Notes under the pieces: generated by a model | What the model was told of the DNA's origin: nothing | Database searches by the model: none | Seen by the model: the letters and a program-made list of their open reading frames with translations, nothing else | Shown here: piece by piece, positions 1 through 10,223 of the stretch | Layout of the letters: each line of letters starts with the position of its first letter | How positions within the stretch are numbered: the stretch's first letter is position 1 | Program-made: the position numbers and the translations under genes | DNA from: Pseudomonadota bacterium | GTDB lineage: Bacteria; Pseudomonadota; Alphaproteobacteria; Sphingomonadales; Sphingomonadaceae | Direction of reading: 5' to 3' | DNA: 64,000 nt | Assembly: GCA_049323815.1 (NCBI GenBank) | Contig: JBMOOB010000020.1 | Coordinates: 20,184 to 84,183 of the forward strand

Positions 1-1161
1 GTCCATCTCGACATGCGCCAGCCGGTTATATTCGTCGCGCCGCGCGGCGCTGTCGCCGGTGCCGGGCAACAGTTGCAGCAGCCGCGCGATCGCGCTCTGG
101 ATCAAATGGATGCTGGTCGATTCCAGCGGCTCCAGAAACCCGCTCGACAGCCCGACTGCAACGCAATTGCGTTCCCAGAACGCCTCGCGCTTGCCCGCAA
201 CGAACCGCAGTGCGCGCGGGTCGCCGTCGGCCGGCGTGTCGAGCCCGGCGATCAGCCGCGCGGCGGCTTCGTCGTCGCTCAGATACGCGCTGGAATATAC
301 GATGCCGTTGCCGGTGCGATGGCGCAACGGGATGCGCCATTGCCACCCCGCCGAATGCGCGCGCGCGCGGGTATAGGGCGGCACGCGCTCCATCGGCGCA
401 CTCGCCACCGCCAAGGCCCGGTCACACGGGAGCAGATTGCTCCAGTCGACGCGGCCGACCGCAAGCTCCTGCCCGATCAGCCGCGCGCCGAAGCCGGTGC
501 AATCGAGGAAGAAATCCCCCTCCACCCGGCGCCCCCCGTCGAGCAGCAGCGCCGACAGGTCGCCGCTTTCCGTGCGGTCGCACGCAACGATGCGCCCCTC
601 GACGCGCACCACGCCGCGCGCCTCGGCATAACGGCGCAGATATGCGGCATACAGCGCCGCGTCGAAGTGAAAGGCATAGGGCATCGGCGGCACCGCCCCC
701 TCGCCCGCCGAGTCGACACGGCGAAAAGCGCCAGCATAGGCCGCCCGTTCGTTGAGCGCATAGTCGCCCAGCCGCCCCGCGACGCCCAGCGCGCGCGCGC
801 GCAGCCAATAATGGTGGAATCCGATCAGCCCCAGCGGCCGCCCTATGGTGCCGAACGCGTGCAGATACCGTTCGCCCGCCACGCGCCAGCCGTCGAATTC
901 GATACCCAGCTTGATCGTGCCCTGGGTCGCGCGAAGGAAATCATCCTCGTCGATCCCCAGCCCCGCATTGAACATGCGAATCTGCGGGATCGTCGCTTCA
1001 CCCACGCCGACCGTTCCGATCGCTTCGGATTCGACCAGGCAAATCGTCGACCCGGGCGGCAGGAAGCGCGCCAGCGCCGCCGCGGCCATCCAGCCCGCGG
1101 TGCCGCCGCCGGCGACTACCAGCCGCGCAGGATATGCAGAAAGGGAGGCGTTCTGATGCAC
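1..1161 (-). CDS. Tryptophan halogenase family flavin-dependent protein (3' end runs off the window)
   Basis: Hand translation from GTG at 1161 (SD GGAGG upstream): MHQNASLSAYPARLVVAGGGTAGWMAAAAL..VESEAIGTVGVGEATIP..QGTIKLGIEF..GWQWRIPLRHRTGNG. Contains the GxGxxG, catalytic-Lys and WxWxIP motifs. Absent from the ORF track because there is no stop codon in the window. Confidence 0.9.
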   Translation of the reverse strand, partial: MHQNASLSAYPARLVVAGGGTAGWMAAAALARFLPPGSTICLVESEAIGTVGVGEATIPQIRMFNAGLGIDEDDFLRATQGTIKLGIEFDGWRVAGERYLHAFGTIGRPLGLIGFHHYWLRARALGVAGRLGDYALNERAAYAGAFRRVDSAGEGAVPPMPYAFHFDAALYAAYLRRYAEARGVVRVEGRIVACDRTESGDLSALLLDGGRRVEGDFFLDCTGFGARLIGQELAVGRVDWSNLLPCDRALAVASAPMERVPPYTRARAHSAGWQWRIPLRHRTGNGIVYSSAYLSDDEAAARLIAGLDTPADGDPRALRFVAGKREAFWERNCVAVGLSSGFLEPLESTSIHLIQSAIARLLQLLPGTGDSAARRDEYNRLAHVEMD

Positions 1162-1179
1162 GGACCCGATCCTCCGGTG

Positions 1180-1222
1180 GGGCCGCCCGCGCCGCAAGTA
1201 GGAAGCGCGACGGGGGCGGCCC
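1180..1222. other. Intergenic GC stem-loop between the TBDR and halogenase genes
   Basis: GGGCCGCCC (1180-1188) pairs with GGGCGGCCC (1214-1222). No U-tract, so more likely an mRNA-stability element than a terminator. Confidence 0.5.
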
Positions 1223-1231
1223 TCCGATCCG

Positions 1232-4039
1232 TCAGAACTTGAACGACGCGCCCGCCAGGAAGCGACGCCCATACCGCTGGTAATCGATGATCTGCAGCGG
1301 CTCGTCGGGGTTGGTGGTGACAAAGGGTTCGTCGGTCAGGTTCTGTCCCTGGACGAAGATCGACAGCCCTTCCAGCGCCGACCCGGGCTGGAAATCATAG
1401 CCGAGCTGCGCGTCGACGATCATTTCCTCCTTGGCGCGACGACGGACGCGCGCCGCGCCGAAGCCGGACACTTCGCCGACGAAGCTCGAGCGATAGCGAA
1501 CGCTGCCACGCGCCGAAAAGCCCCATTTTTCGAAATAGGCGGTGCCGTTGGCGACCCATTTCGAATAGCCGGGAATGTCTTCGGACGGCGCACCCGGAGT
1601 CGGGCTGATCTTCGTCTCGGTGTACGAAACGCCACCGGTCACGCCGAAACCGTTGAGCGCCGGCACCAGCTCGCCGAACGGCAGCGTTCCCGCCAATTCA
1701 ACGCCGTAAAGCTGTCCGCCTTCGCCGTTCACCGGCACGTTGATCGTCGCGACCGGCGCCACGACGATGCCGGCACCCGGATCGGACAGCGCCAGGTCGC
1801 TGGCCGGAATCAGCACATCCTGATTGTAGATGTAGCTCTTCAGGTCCTTGTAAAAGAACTGAGCGGCCAGATAGCCCTTGGTCCCGAAGTATTTTTCGAA
1901 CGACAGGTCGACGGCGTTGGCGCGCCATGGGCGCAGGTCCGGGTTGCCGCCGCTGCCGGTGACGAACGCCGTGGTCGTACCACCACTGGAAACGATGCTG
2001 TACCCATAGGAAAGCGTCGCGCGCATATCGTCCAGGCGCGGGCGAATGATTTCGCGCGCCGCGCCCAGGCGGATCACGAAATCGCCCGGAATGCGCAGCG
2101 ACAGGTTCAGGCTGGGCAGGACATCGACATAGTCGGTGCTCGCGTTGCGGAACGCGGCACCGATGTTCGGCGACCCGTTGGCGTTGGTGCCCTGATACAC
2201 TGCGCTGGCGCCGTTCGAATTCTGGTCGGTGAAAATCGCCTGCACGCCGAAATTGCCGGTCAGCGTGGTCGCGCCGATATCGGCGTCGATATTCCCCTGC
2301 CAATAAGCGGTCATCAGCTTTTCGGAGACGTCATAGGCCTTGACCACCACGTCGCCATAGGGATTCGGCACGAGCTGGTAGACGCCGCCGTTGAGCAAGT
2401 CGACCGGGTTGTAGCTGATGACCGGACCAAGGCCGAGATAGCTGAGGTCGGTCGTGCCCAGGCGATATTGCGTCGGCACGGCCACGCTGGTCAGCCCGTC
2501 GGTGTTGGCGACAAGGCCCAGGAACGCCTCGTCCGGTGTCAGCGACTTGGTGCGGTCGGTGTAGTTCAGCCCGACCTTGACCGACTTCAGGAAGCCCTCA
2601 AGTTCCTTTTCGACTTCGACGCGATACTGCCACAGCTCATCGGTGATGATGCGGTTGTTGTAATAGCCGTCCTGGCCGCCGCGGATCCGGCGCCCGTCGA
2701 CCGACGTCTGGTCGCCACCCCAGCCGAGCGGGCTGGTCAGCAGGATCAGATTATAGTCGCCGTAGTTGAGCGTCGGGTCAAACACCGTCCCGCTCGACCC
2801 GCTGGTGAAATTGATCGTGTCGAGCGCGCCGGTGCCCTGCCCGCGCGCCGTGCCGGCGTTGGTTTCCAGCACCAGTTCGTTGCGATCGGTCTTCGAATAG
2901 CTGATGTCGGCCATCACGTTCCAGCCGTCATCGCCCTTCCACGTGCCGTTCCAGCCGAACGAATAGAGCTTCGCGTGACGCTGGAACGCGTCGTTGCGCA
3001 CCACGCCTTCAACATTGCTGAACGTACCCGACGTGACCAGCCCGTCGCTGACGACGGCATTCGTCAGCGGAGTGTTGGTGCCCCACTGCAGCGGCAGCTC
3101 GATGCCGCGCTTGATCTGGTCGTCCTTGAAGTCGGAGAAGAAGCCGTCGAAAGTGGTGGTGAAATTGGGCGTCGGGCGCCATTCCAGCGTGCCCTGCAAA
3201 CCAAGACGCTTCAGCGTGGTCGACGTAACATAGGATTTCGAACCGCCGATGACCTTGGGCGAGCCGGTCAGGCTGGTGTCGGCATAGCCCCAGGCGTTGA
3301 ATTCCTGGATCTGATAGGGTTCGTCGAGATAGCTGGCCGACAGCGCGACGCCGATCGTGTCGTTCGCGAACTGGTCGACATAGGTGCCGTTGACGCGATA
3401 GCCGAATTCCTTCGACCCCACGTTGAGCTTGCCGAGGTCGGTGTAGGTGCCGCGACCGCCGACCGAAATCACGCGCTTGCCATATTCGAGCGGGCGGATC
3501 GTACGCAGATCGACGGTGCCCGACAGGCCCTGGCCGACGATCGACGCCATCGGCGTCTTGTACACCAGCACCTGGTTGACGACTTCCGACGGATATTGGT
3601 CATATTCGACGGCGCGATTGTCGCCGGTCGACGTCTGTTCGCGGCCGTTCAGCAGCGTGGTCGAGAAATCGGGCGCAAAGCCGCGGATCGAAATCGCGTT
3701 CGAACGGCCCGAAACGCGTTGCGAGGTAAGCCCCGGCAGGCGCGCGATCGATTCGGCGATCGACGCGTCGGGCAACTTGCCGATGTCTTCCGCCGAAACC
3801 GATTCGACCACCTGGTCGCGGCTTTTCTTGGCGGAAACCGCGGAACCCAGCGACGCGGCATAGCCGGTGACGACAATTTCGCTGTCGTCGCTGGTGTCGG
3901 ACTGCTGCTGGTCGGCGGGCGCGTCCTGCGCCCAGGCAGGTGCGGCGGCAGTCACTGCAAGCGCGACGGCAAGCGCGCGAACGCTGGTGTCGAAAGCAAA
4001 GCCGGTGGCCGCGCGGCCACGACGCAAAAGGCTAGTCAT
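1232..4039 (-). CDS. TonB-dependent receptor, probable maltodextrin/alpha-glucan uptake (MalA-like)
   Basis: Signal peptide, EIVVTG TonB box, plug motif DIGKLPDASIAESIARLPG, C-terminal GASFKF. ATG at 4039 has an SD (GGGGAGG). The substrate call comes from the LacI + sugar-MFS context. Confidence 0.88.
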   Translation of the reverse strand: MTSLLRRGRAATGFAFDTSVRALAVALAVTAAAPAWAQDAPADQQQSDTSDDSEIVVTGYAASLGSAVSAKKSRDQVVESVSAEDIGKLPDASIAESIARLPGLTSQRVSGRSNAISIRGFAPDFSTTLLNGREQTSTGDNRAVEYDQYPSEVVNQVLVYKTPMASIVGQGLSGTVDLRTIRPLEYGKRVISVGGRGTYTDLGKLNVGSKEFGYRVNGTYVDQFANDTIGVALSASYLDEPYQIQEFNAWGYADTSLTGSPKVIGGSKSYVTSTTLKRLGLQGTLEWRPTPNFTTTFDGFFSDFKDDQIKRGIELPLQWGTNTPLTNAVVSDGLVTSGTFSNVEGVVRNDAFQRHAKLYSFGWNGTWKGDDGWNVMADISYSKTDRNELVLETNAGTARGQGTGALDTINFTSGSSGTVFDPTLNYGDYNLILLTSPLGWGGDQTSVDGRRIRGGQDGYYNNRIITDELWQYRVEVEKELEGFLKSVKVGLNYTDRTKSLTPDEAFLGLVANTDGLTSVAVPTQYRLGTTDLSYLGLGPVISYNPVDLLNGGVYQLVPNPYGDVVVKAYDVSEKLMTAYWQGNIDADIGATTLTGNFGVQAIFTDQNSNGASAVYQGTNANGSPNIGAAFRNASTDYVDVLPSLNLSLRIPGDFVIRLGAAREIIRPRLDDMRATLSYGYSIVSSGGTTTAFVTGSGGNPDLRPWRANAVDLSFEKYFGTKGYLAAQFFYKDLKSYIYNQDVLIPASDLALSDPGAGIVVAPVATINVPVNGEGGQLYGVELAGTLPFGELVPALNGFGVTGGVSYTETKISPTPGAPSEDIPGYSKWVANGTAYFEKWGFSARGSVRYRSSFVGEVSGFGAARVRRRAKEEMIVDAQLGYDFQPGSALEGLSIFVQGQNLTDEPFVTTNPDEPLQIIDYQRYGRRFLAGASFKF

Positions 4040-4174
4040 CAAACCTCCCCTAGTCGGCGTGCAGCCCCGCTCTTTTCGAGAGCGGTTCCTTCGCTGCACG
4101 CATTGCCGACGGTGCGGAACGTCGCACTATCGTTGCGCTTCAATTCCGCCTTTCGACGCCGCGTCGCCAGAATG

Positions 4175-4189
4175 TGACATACGTATTCA
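4175..4189. promoter_or_regulatory. LacI-type operator with palindromic core ATACGTAT
   Basis: TGACATACGTATTCA has a central CG and lies in the divergent TBDR/LacI intergenic region. Confidence 0.6.
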
Positions 4190-4388
4190 ATGCGGATGCA
4201 ATTCCGCTGTGGCATCGTTGCATCACCGGGAAAGCGCGGAATTGCGCGACTTTTTCAGATGTCGCTACGCGAAGCGACGCACACAGGATTGCATGACGCG
4301 CGATTGACGCTAACGCCGTTCTGCGCTGTCTCTATGCCAGGGACACGGCGGGACAGCCGTGCATGGGAGGATCGTTGGCGCAGTGGGA

Positions 4389-5411
4389 ATGCAGCGCAGA
4401 CCTACATCATTCGACATCGCGCAATTGGCGGGCGTTTCGCAGCCGACGGTTTCGCGTGCGCTGCGCGGCGGGCACGGCGTCAACGAAGCGACGCGCAAGC
4501 GGATCGAAGCGATTGCCGAACGGTTGAACTATCGCGTCGACAAGGCCGCGTCGAACCTGCGCACGCGCCACGCCGACACGCTGGCGCTGTTGTTCTTTGA
4601 AGATCCGACATCGGATGCCTCGCTCATCAACCCCTTTTTCCTGTCGATGCTGGGATCGATCATGCGCGCATGTTCGGAACATCGACAGGACCTGCTGATT
4701 TCGTTCCAGCAACTGTCGAGCGACTGGCACAAGGATTATGAAGATTCGCATCGCGCCGACGGCATCATCCTGCTCGGCTATGGCGATTATCAGCTTTACC
4801 GCGGACGGCTTGCCGCGCTGGTGCAGCAGGGAACGCATTTCATCCGCTGGGGATCGGTCCAGTCGGACGCACTCGGACTGACCGTCGGGTGCGACAATCG
4901 CGGCGGCGGTCGCGACGCGACTCAGCACCTGCTGCGGCTCGGCCGGCGTAACATCGCGTTTCTGGGCACCGCATCCGCGCAATATCCCGAGTTTCAGGAC
5001 CGTCATCGCGGCCATGTCGACGCGCTGATCGAAAGCGGAGTCATTCCACGCCCCGGACTTCAGTTCGACGCGATCACGACCGAGGATTCGGGCGCCGCCG
5101 CCGCCGAGGCGTTGATCGCCAGCGGCGAGAAATTCGACGCGATCCTTGCCGCCAGCGACCTGATCGCGATCGGCGCGATGCGCACGCTTGCCGCGCACGG
5201 CCTGTCGGTGCCTGGCGACGTTTCGATCGTGGGGTTTGACGACATTCCCGCGGCGGGCCACGCCAACCCGCCACTGACCACAGTAATGCAGGACGCGCAG
5301 ATCGCCGGCCGCACGCTGGTCGAAACCCTGCTTGGCCGCATCCGCAACGGGCGGTCGCACGACGTGCTGCTGCCCACCCGGTTGGTGGTCCGCCAATCCT
5401 GCGGCGCCTGA
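4389..5411 (+). CDS. LacI family transcriptional regulator (MalR-like)
   Basis: N-terminal HTH PTSFDIAQLAGVSQPTVSRAL and periplasmic-binding-protein-like C-terminus (VGFDDI..PPLTTV). Start trimmed to MQRRPTS. Confidence 0.92.
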   Translation: MQRRPTSFDIAQLAGVSQPTVSRALRGGHGVNEATRKRIEAIAERLNYRVDKAASNLRTRHADTLALLFFEDPTSDASLINPFFLSMLGSIMRACSEHRQDLLISFQQLSSDWHKDYEDSHRADGIILLGYGDYQLYRGRLAALVQQGTHFIRWGSVQSDALGLTVGCDNRGGGRDATQHLLRLGRRNIAFLGTASAQYPEFQDRHRGHVDALIESGVIPRPGLQFDAITTEDSGAAAAEALIASGEKFDAILAASDLIAIGAMRTLAAHGLSVPGDVSIVGFDDIPAAGHANPPLTTVMQDAQIAGRTLVETLLGRIRNGRSHDVLLPTRLVVRQSCGA

Positions 5412-5436
5412 CGCGCCCGTTCCTGGGGAGATGATA

Positions 5437-6930
5437 ATGGAAAAGCCGCGCCAGGGCTTTTGGGGCCTGTGGAACATCTCCTTCGGCTTCTTCGGCATTC
5501 AGATCGGCTTTGCGCTGCAAAATGCGAACGCCAGCCGCATTTTCCAGTCGATGGGCACGTCGATCGACGATCTCGCGCTGCTGTGGATCGCCGCGCCGCT
5601 GACCGGGCTGCTCGTCCAGCCGCTGGTGGGGCATTACAGCGACCGCACCTGGAGTCCGCTGGGGCGGCGGCGGCCCTATTTCCTGGCGGGGGCGATCCTT
5701 TCGACGCTGGCGTTGTTCGTCATGCCCAATGCGCCTGCGCTGTGGGTGGCGGCGGTGACGCTGTGGGTGCTCGACGGTTCGCTCAACATCTCGATGGAAC
5801 CGTTCCGCGCGTTCGTCGGCGACATGCTGGGCAAGCGGCAACGCGCGGCGGGTTATGCCTTCCAGACTGCGTTCATCGGCGCGGGCGCGGTGGTCGCGTC
5901 GGTCGCACCCTATGTATTCGAAAAGCTCGGTGTATCGAATGTTTCGTCGGCGGGCGACGTGCCCGACACGGTGCGCTATGGCTTTTATTTCGGCGGCGCG
6001 ATGCTGCTCGCGGCAGTGCTGTGGACAGTGTTCTCGACGCGCGAATATGCGCCCGAGCAGATGGCTGCGTTCGACCAGGACGCCGACGAATCCGCGCACG
6101 ACAACATCTTCGCGCCGCGCACCGGGCCCTGGTGGGTGCTCGCGGGACTGGGTGCGGCGGGCGTTCTGTATCTGGTCGAGCGCGAAGGCGTGCTTGCGTC
6201 GGCGCGAGAGGCGTATCTGGTCGCGGGCGGGCTCGCCTTTTACGGGCTGGCGCAGATGGTGTCGGCGGCGCTGGTGCGCGCGGGCAAGGGCGACAATGCG
6301 CTGTCGCACATCATCAGCGACCTGGCGACGATGCCGCCGGTGATGCGCCGGCTCGCGCTGGCGCAGTTCCTCACCTGGGGCGCGCTCATCATCATGTGGA
6401 TCTATACGACGCCGGTGATTGCCGAGCGCGTGTGGAACACCACCGATGCGTCGTCGGAAGCGTTCAACCAGGCGGGCAATTGGGTCGGCATCCTGTTCGC
6501 GGCATATAGCGCGGTGGCGACGGTGGCGGCGTTCCTGCTGCCGCCGCTCGCCCGCCGGATCGGCCCGGCGCGCACGCACATGATCGCGCTGTTGTGCGGG
6601 GCGGCGGCCTATGCGTCGCTGATCCTGATCCGCGACCAGAACCTGCTGCTGGTGCCGATGATCGGTGTCGGCATTGCCTGGGCATCGATCCTGTCGATGC
6701 CCTATGTCATCCTGGCCAATGCGCTGCCGCAGCGGAAGCTGGGCATTTACATGGGCATCTTCAATTTCTTCATCGTGCTGCCGCAACTGTTGATCGCGAC
6801 GCTGATGGGCGCGCTTATCAAGGCGTTCTTCCCCGGCCAGCCGGTTTGGACGATGGCGATCGCGGCGGGGGTGATGGCGCTGGCGGCGTTGGCGATGCTG
6901 CGCGTGAACGCGGAAAACGCCGCGGGCTGA
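5437..6930 (+). CDS. MFS/GPH sugar-H+ symporter (maltose/sucrose transporter-like)
   Basis: MEKPRQGFWGLWNISFGFFGIQIGFALQNAN; VQPLVGHYSDRTWSPLGRRRPYF; about 12 TM segments. Confidence 0.9.
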   Translation: MEKPRQGFWGLWNISFGFFGIQIGFALQNANASRIFQSMGTSIDDLALLWIAAPLTGLLVQPLVGHYSDRTWSPLGRRRPYFLAGAILSTLALFVMPNAPALWVAAVTLWVLDGSLNISMEPFRAFVGDMLGKRQRAAGYAFQTAFIGAGAVVASVAPYVFEKLGVSNVSSAGDVPDTVRYGFYFGGAMLLAAVLWTVFSTREYAPEQMAAFDQDADESAHDNIFAPRTGPWWVLAGLGAAGVLYLVEREGVLASAREAYLVAGGLAFYGLAQMVSAALVRAGKGDNALSHIISDLATMPPVMRRLALAQFLTWGALIIMWIYTTPVIAERVWNTTDASSEAFNQAGNWVGILFAAYSAVATVAAFLLPPLARRIGPARTHMIALLCGAAAYASLILIRDQNLLLVPMIGVGIAWASILSMPYVILANALPQRKLGIYMGIFNFFIVLPQLLIATLMGALIKAFFPGQPVWTMAIAAGVMALAALAMLRVNAENAAG

Positions 6931-6953
6931 ACGGAACCCGCCCCTTCCGTTGG

Positions 6954-7026
6954 CCGTCCGTGCGAGCGCAGCGAAGCAATCCACGGATGCGCCATTGGAT
7001 TGCTTCCCCCCCCCCCGCAAGGACGG
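6954..7026. repeat. Palindromic intergenic repeat family A, copy 1
   Basis: CCGTCCGTGCGAGCGCAGCGAAGCAATCCA..TGGATTGCTTC..GCAAGGACGG between convergent genes. Related copies at 18161, 44189 and 50602. Confidence 0.8.
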
Positions 7027-7068
7027 AAGGGCGTCGGTCCCGAGGCATCGGACGCCGGCGACCATTCG

Positions 7069-8301
7069 TCAGCCCGCCGTCATCTCCTTCAACGGCACGG
7101 TTGCGTCCGCCAGCCGTTCCGGCGCGATTTCGGCGCGGTCGACCACCAGCTTGCGCCCCTGAACATAGTCCTTGACCATGTTGACGCAGTCGAGCGCGAT
7201 TACATGGCCGTGCTTCAGATAGACGACCGAGAAGCTGCGCGTTGCCGGATCGCCGCGCACCACCGCCTGGTCGAACCCGGTCGACAGGCCCACTGTCTGC
7301 AGCTTCAGGTCATATTGGTTCGACCAGAACCACGGCACGGCATCGTACGCTGCCTCCTGTCCCGCGATCGTCTTTGCCGCGACGGTCGCCATGTCATTGG
7401 CGTTCTGCACCGATTCCAGCCGAATTTCGGCGCCGTCGGCATAGCCATTGGCATGCAGCGCGCAGTCGCCGATCGCGAAGACGTCGGCCAGGCTGGTGCG
7501 GCATTGCGCATCGACGCGCACGCCGTTGCCGCCCTTTGCCCCCGCCGCCAGCAAAGGCTCGACGGCGGGCACGATGCCGATTCCGACGATCACCATCTCA
7601 CAAGGCAGCACGCCGCCGTCGGCCAGCCGCACGCCGCTGACCCGGCCGCCCGCGCCCTCGATCCCCGCGACGACCGCGCCCAGCCGCACGTCGACGCCGT
7701 GCGCGCGATGCTCAGCCTCGAAAAAGCGCGACAGCGGCTCGCCCGCCACGCGCGCCAGCACGCGATCGAGCGCTTCCAGCAGCACCACCTGCTTGCCGAA
7801 CTTGGCGAGCACCGCCGCCGCCTCCAGCCCGATATAGCCGCCGCCGATCACGACCGCGCGATGGACGGCGGGCATCTCGACGATCATCCGGTCGACGTCG
7901 GCGCGCGTGCGCACCGTGTGCACGCCGGTCAGGTCGCCCCCCTCGCACGCCAGCCGACGGGGATGGCCGCCGGTCGCCCAGACCAGCTTTCCATAGGCGA
8001 AGGTGTCGCCTTCGTCGGTCATCACGCGATGCGCGGCCGCGTCGACGGCGATGACGCGGCGACCGGTCAGCACCGCGACATCGCGCTCGGTCCAGAATTC
8101 TGGCTTGCGCAGCAGCAGCCGGTCGAATTCCTTGTCGCCCGCCAGATATTCCTTCGACAGGGGCGGGCGCTCATAGGGCAGCTCGTGCTCCTCGCCGATC
8201 ATCGCGATCGACCCTTCGAACTTCGCCTGGCGCAGCGCAATCGCCGCCTGCGCGCCGCCCTGCCCCGCGCCCACGATCAGCACGTCGAACCTTGTCGTCA
8301 T
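7069..8301 (-). CDS. NAD(P)H-dependent ferredoxin reductase (FAD-dependent, putidaredoxin-reductase-like)
   Basis: [58 protein letters not shown]. Confidence 0.93.
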   Translation of the reverse strand: MTTRFDVLIVGAGQGGAQAAIALRQAKFEGSIAMIGEEHELPYERPPLSKEYLAGDKEFDRLLLRKPEFWTERDVAVLTGRRVIAVDAAAHRVMTDEGDTFAYGKLVWATGGHPRRLACEGGDLTGVHTVRTRADVDRMIVEMPAVHRAVVIGGGYIGLEAAAVLAKFGKQVVLLEALDRVLARVAGEPLSRFFEAEHRAHGVDVRLGAVVAGIEGAGGRVSGVRLADGGVLPCEMVIVGIGIVPAVEPLLAAGAKGGNGVRVDAQCRTSLADVFAIGDCALHANGYADGAEIRLESVQNANDMATVAAKTIAGQEAAYDAVPWFWSNQYDLKLQTVGLSTGFDQAVVRGDPATRSFSVVYLKHGHVIALDCVNMVKDYVQGRKLVVDRAEIAPERLADATVPLKEMTAG

Positions 8302-8474
8302 CGCATGTCTCTCCCGTCCCCGGCATTTTCACGGGTTCGCCTGCCCGCCGCAATGGCGATGCGCAAGTCGCCTGCCGCATCCCGCGCCGGTTTCGCCCAA
8401 GGGGTCGTCTGCATTGCCCGAACGGCATGGCCAACCCCTTCTGCCCCAGGCGCGAATTGCGTAGCGTTCGCGCG

Positions 8475-8840
8475 ATGACCGACCCGAATATCCGCCGCCT
8501 CGGCGCCACGCCGCGCATGAGCAACGCCGTCGTCCACAACGGGACCGTCCATTTGTCGGGCCAGGTCGCGATCACGCATCGCGGCGGCGACGTCGACGAC
8601 CAGATTCGCGAAGTGCTGGAACGCATCGACACGCTGCTGACCGAAGCGGGCAGCAGCCGCGCGCAGTTGCTGACCGCGCAGTTGCTCCTGTCCGACATGG
8701 CGATCCTGCCGCGGCTGAATGAGCAATGGGACCAATGGATCGAACCCGGCTGCGCGCCGACGCGCACGACGATCCAGACGGTGCTGGCGTCGCCCGCCTA
8801 TGCACTGGAAATCGCCGTGACGGCGGCGGTCGTCGGCTGA
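8475..8840 (+). CDS. RidA/Rid-family enamine/imine deaminase-like protein
   Basis: MTDPNIRRLGATPRMSNAVVHNGTVHLSGQVA..LNEQWDQWI..APTRTTI..LEIAVTAA. Confidence 0.85.
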   Translation: MTDPNIRRLGATPRMSNAVVHNGTVHLSGQVAITHRGGDVDDQIREVLERIDTLLTEAGSSRAQLLTAQLLLSDMAILPRLNEQWDQWIEPGCAPTRTTIQTVLASPAYALEIAVTAAVVG

Positions 8841-8847
8841 ACGCCGG

Positions 8848-10089
8848 TCACGCCGCCTCGCGGTCGCCCCGCATCGCATAGGCAAGCACACCGAGGCGGC
8901 GGATGCCCTCCCCCGCCGCGTCGGACCCGATATACGAGAAGCTAAGCCGTACGCGGTTGCGCGGCATCTGCGCGCCGTTCGCGAGCACCGGGTGGAACGA
9001 CGTGCCCGAGATGACCGAGGTGTCGCACTCCTCCAGCGCGCGGCGCGCGAAGACGTCGCCATCGACGCCGTCGGGCAGCGTCATCCAGATGTAGAGCCCG
9101 CCTTCCGGCCGCGTCCATTGCGTGCCCGGCGGCATGTGCGCGGCCAGCCCCGCCAGCATCGCGTCGCGCCGTTCGCGATAGACAGTGCGGGCATGCGCGG
9201 TCAGCGCCTCCAGCCGCGTCTCGGCGATTTCGAGCAGCATCATCTGGTTGAGCGCGCTGGTGGCGAGATCCGCCGCCTGCTTCAGCAGCACCAGCTTGCG
9301 CACCACCGCCGCCGGTCCGGCGATCCAGCCGACGCGCAGCGATGGCGCGACGGTCTTGGAAAACGTGCCTGTCTGCAGCACCGGCGACGCCTCGACACCG
9401 CCCGATTGCCGCGCGCCCACGACGAACAGCGACGGCAGCGCCTCGCCGTCATAGCGCAGATGTTCGTAGCACGCGTCCTCCAGCACCGGCATACCCGCGG
9501 CGCGCGCGCGGGCGACCAGCCGTTCGCGATCCTCGCGCAACAGCGACGTGCCGGTGGGGTTCCTGAACTCGGTGCCGACATAGGCGAATTTCGCGTGCTC
9601 CAGCGACGCGTCCAGCGCCTCGCCCTCGGGCACCGCGACATAGGTCGGTTCATAGGCATCGAAGGCGCGCAGCGCGCCGATGAAGCTCGGCACCTCGACC
9701 ATCACCGGGTCGCCGGGCGCGACGAACAGCTTGGCCACCAGGTCGATCGCCTGCTGCGACCCGTTGGTGATGACGATATTGTCGATGCCGCACGGCGCGC
9801 CAGCCTGCGTCAGTTGCTCCGCGATCCAGGCGCGCAGCGGCGCATGGCCTTCGCTCGGCGCATATTGCAGCGCGGTGCGCGCGCGGGCGCGATCGCCCAG
9901 GATCGTGTCCGCCGCCGCCTTGATCTCGGCATAGGGAAAGATCGCCGGATCGGGCAGCCCGCCGCCAAGGTGGATGATCCGGCGGCTGGCAAGCAGCTTC
10001 ATCCGTTCGCGGATGTCCGATGCGGCAACGCCGCGCATACGCGGAGCATAAAGTGCATCCCAGTCGGGCGGCGCGGGCGTTTCGGTCAT
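8848..10089 (-). CDS. PLP-dependent aminotransferase class I/II (2-aminoadipate transaminase/MocR-like, no HTH)
   Basis: IHLGGGLPDP, LQYAPSEG, ITNGSQQAIDL, EDACY, GTFSKTVAPSLRVGW with the PLP lysine. Confidence 0.88.
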   Translation of the reverse strand: MTETPAPPDWDALYAPRMRGVAASDIRERMKLLASRRIIHLGGGLPDPAIFPYAEIKAAADTILGDRARARTALQYAPSEGHAPLRAWIAEQLTQAGAPCGIDNIVITNGSQQAIDLVAKLFVAPGDPVMVEVPSFIGALRAFDAYEPTYVAVPEGEALDASLEHAKFAYVGTEFRNPTGTSLLREDRERLVARARAAGMPVLEDACYEHLRYDGEALPSLFVVGARQSGGVEASPVLQTGTFSKTVAPSLRVGWIAGPAAVVRKLVLLKQAADLATSALNQMMLLEIAETRLEALTAHARTVYRERRDAMLAGLAAHMPPGTQWTRPEGGLYIWMTLPDGVDGDVFARRALEECDTSVISGTSFHPVLANGAQMPRNRVRLSFSYIGSDAAGEGIRRLGVLAYAMRGDREAA

Positions 10090-10183
10090 GATCGTTCCTG
10101 CGCGCGGACGGCCATGGCCCGCGTTCTAATTTCTTGGCGGCCAATTTCGTGGCGGGATGGGAGGCATCGCCCCCGGACGATTG

Positions 10184-10214
10184 GTCGCGGCGGCGCAGGC
10201 ACCGCCGCCGCGAC
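10184..10214. other. Stem-loop just downstream of the second TBDR
   Basis: GTCGCGGCGGCG pairs with CGCCGCCGCGAC (12 bp). Confidence 0.5.
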
Positions 10215-10223
10215 GCGCGCCGG

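Noticed and set aside
7006-7016. C11 homopolymer in repeat A copy 1 and a G9 run at 29681-29689
   Set aside because: The C-run replaces GCTGCGCTC seen in the intact copy and both runs are non-coding. A sequencing or assembly artefact at a hairpin is as likely as a phase-variation tract, and raw reads are needed.
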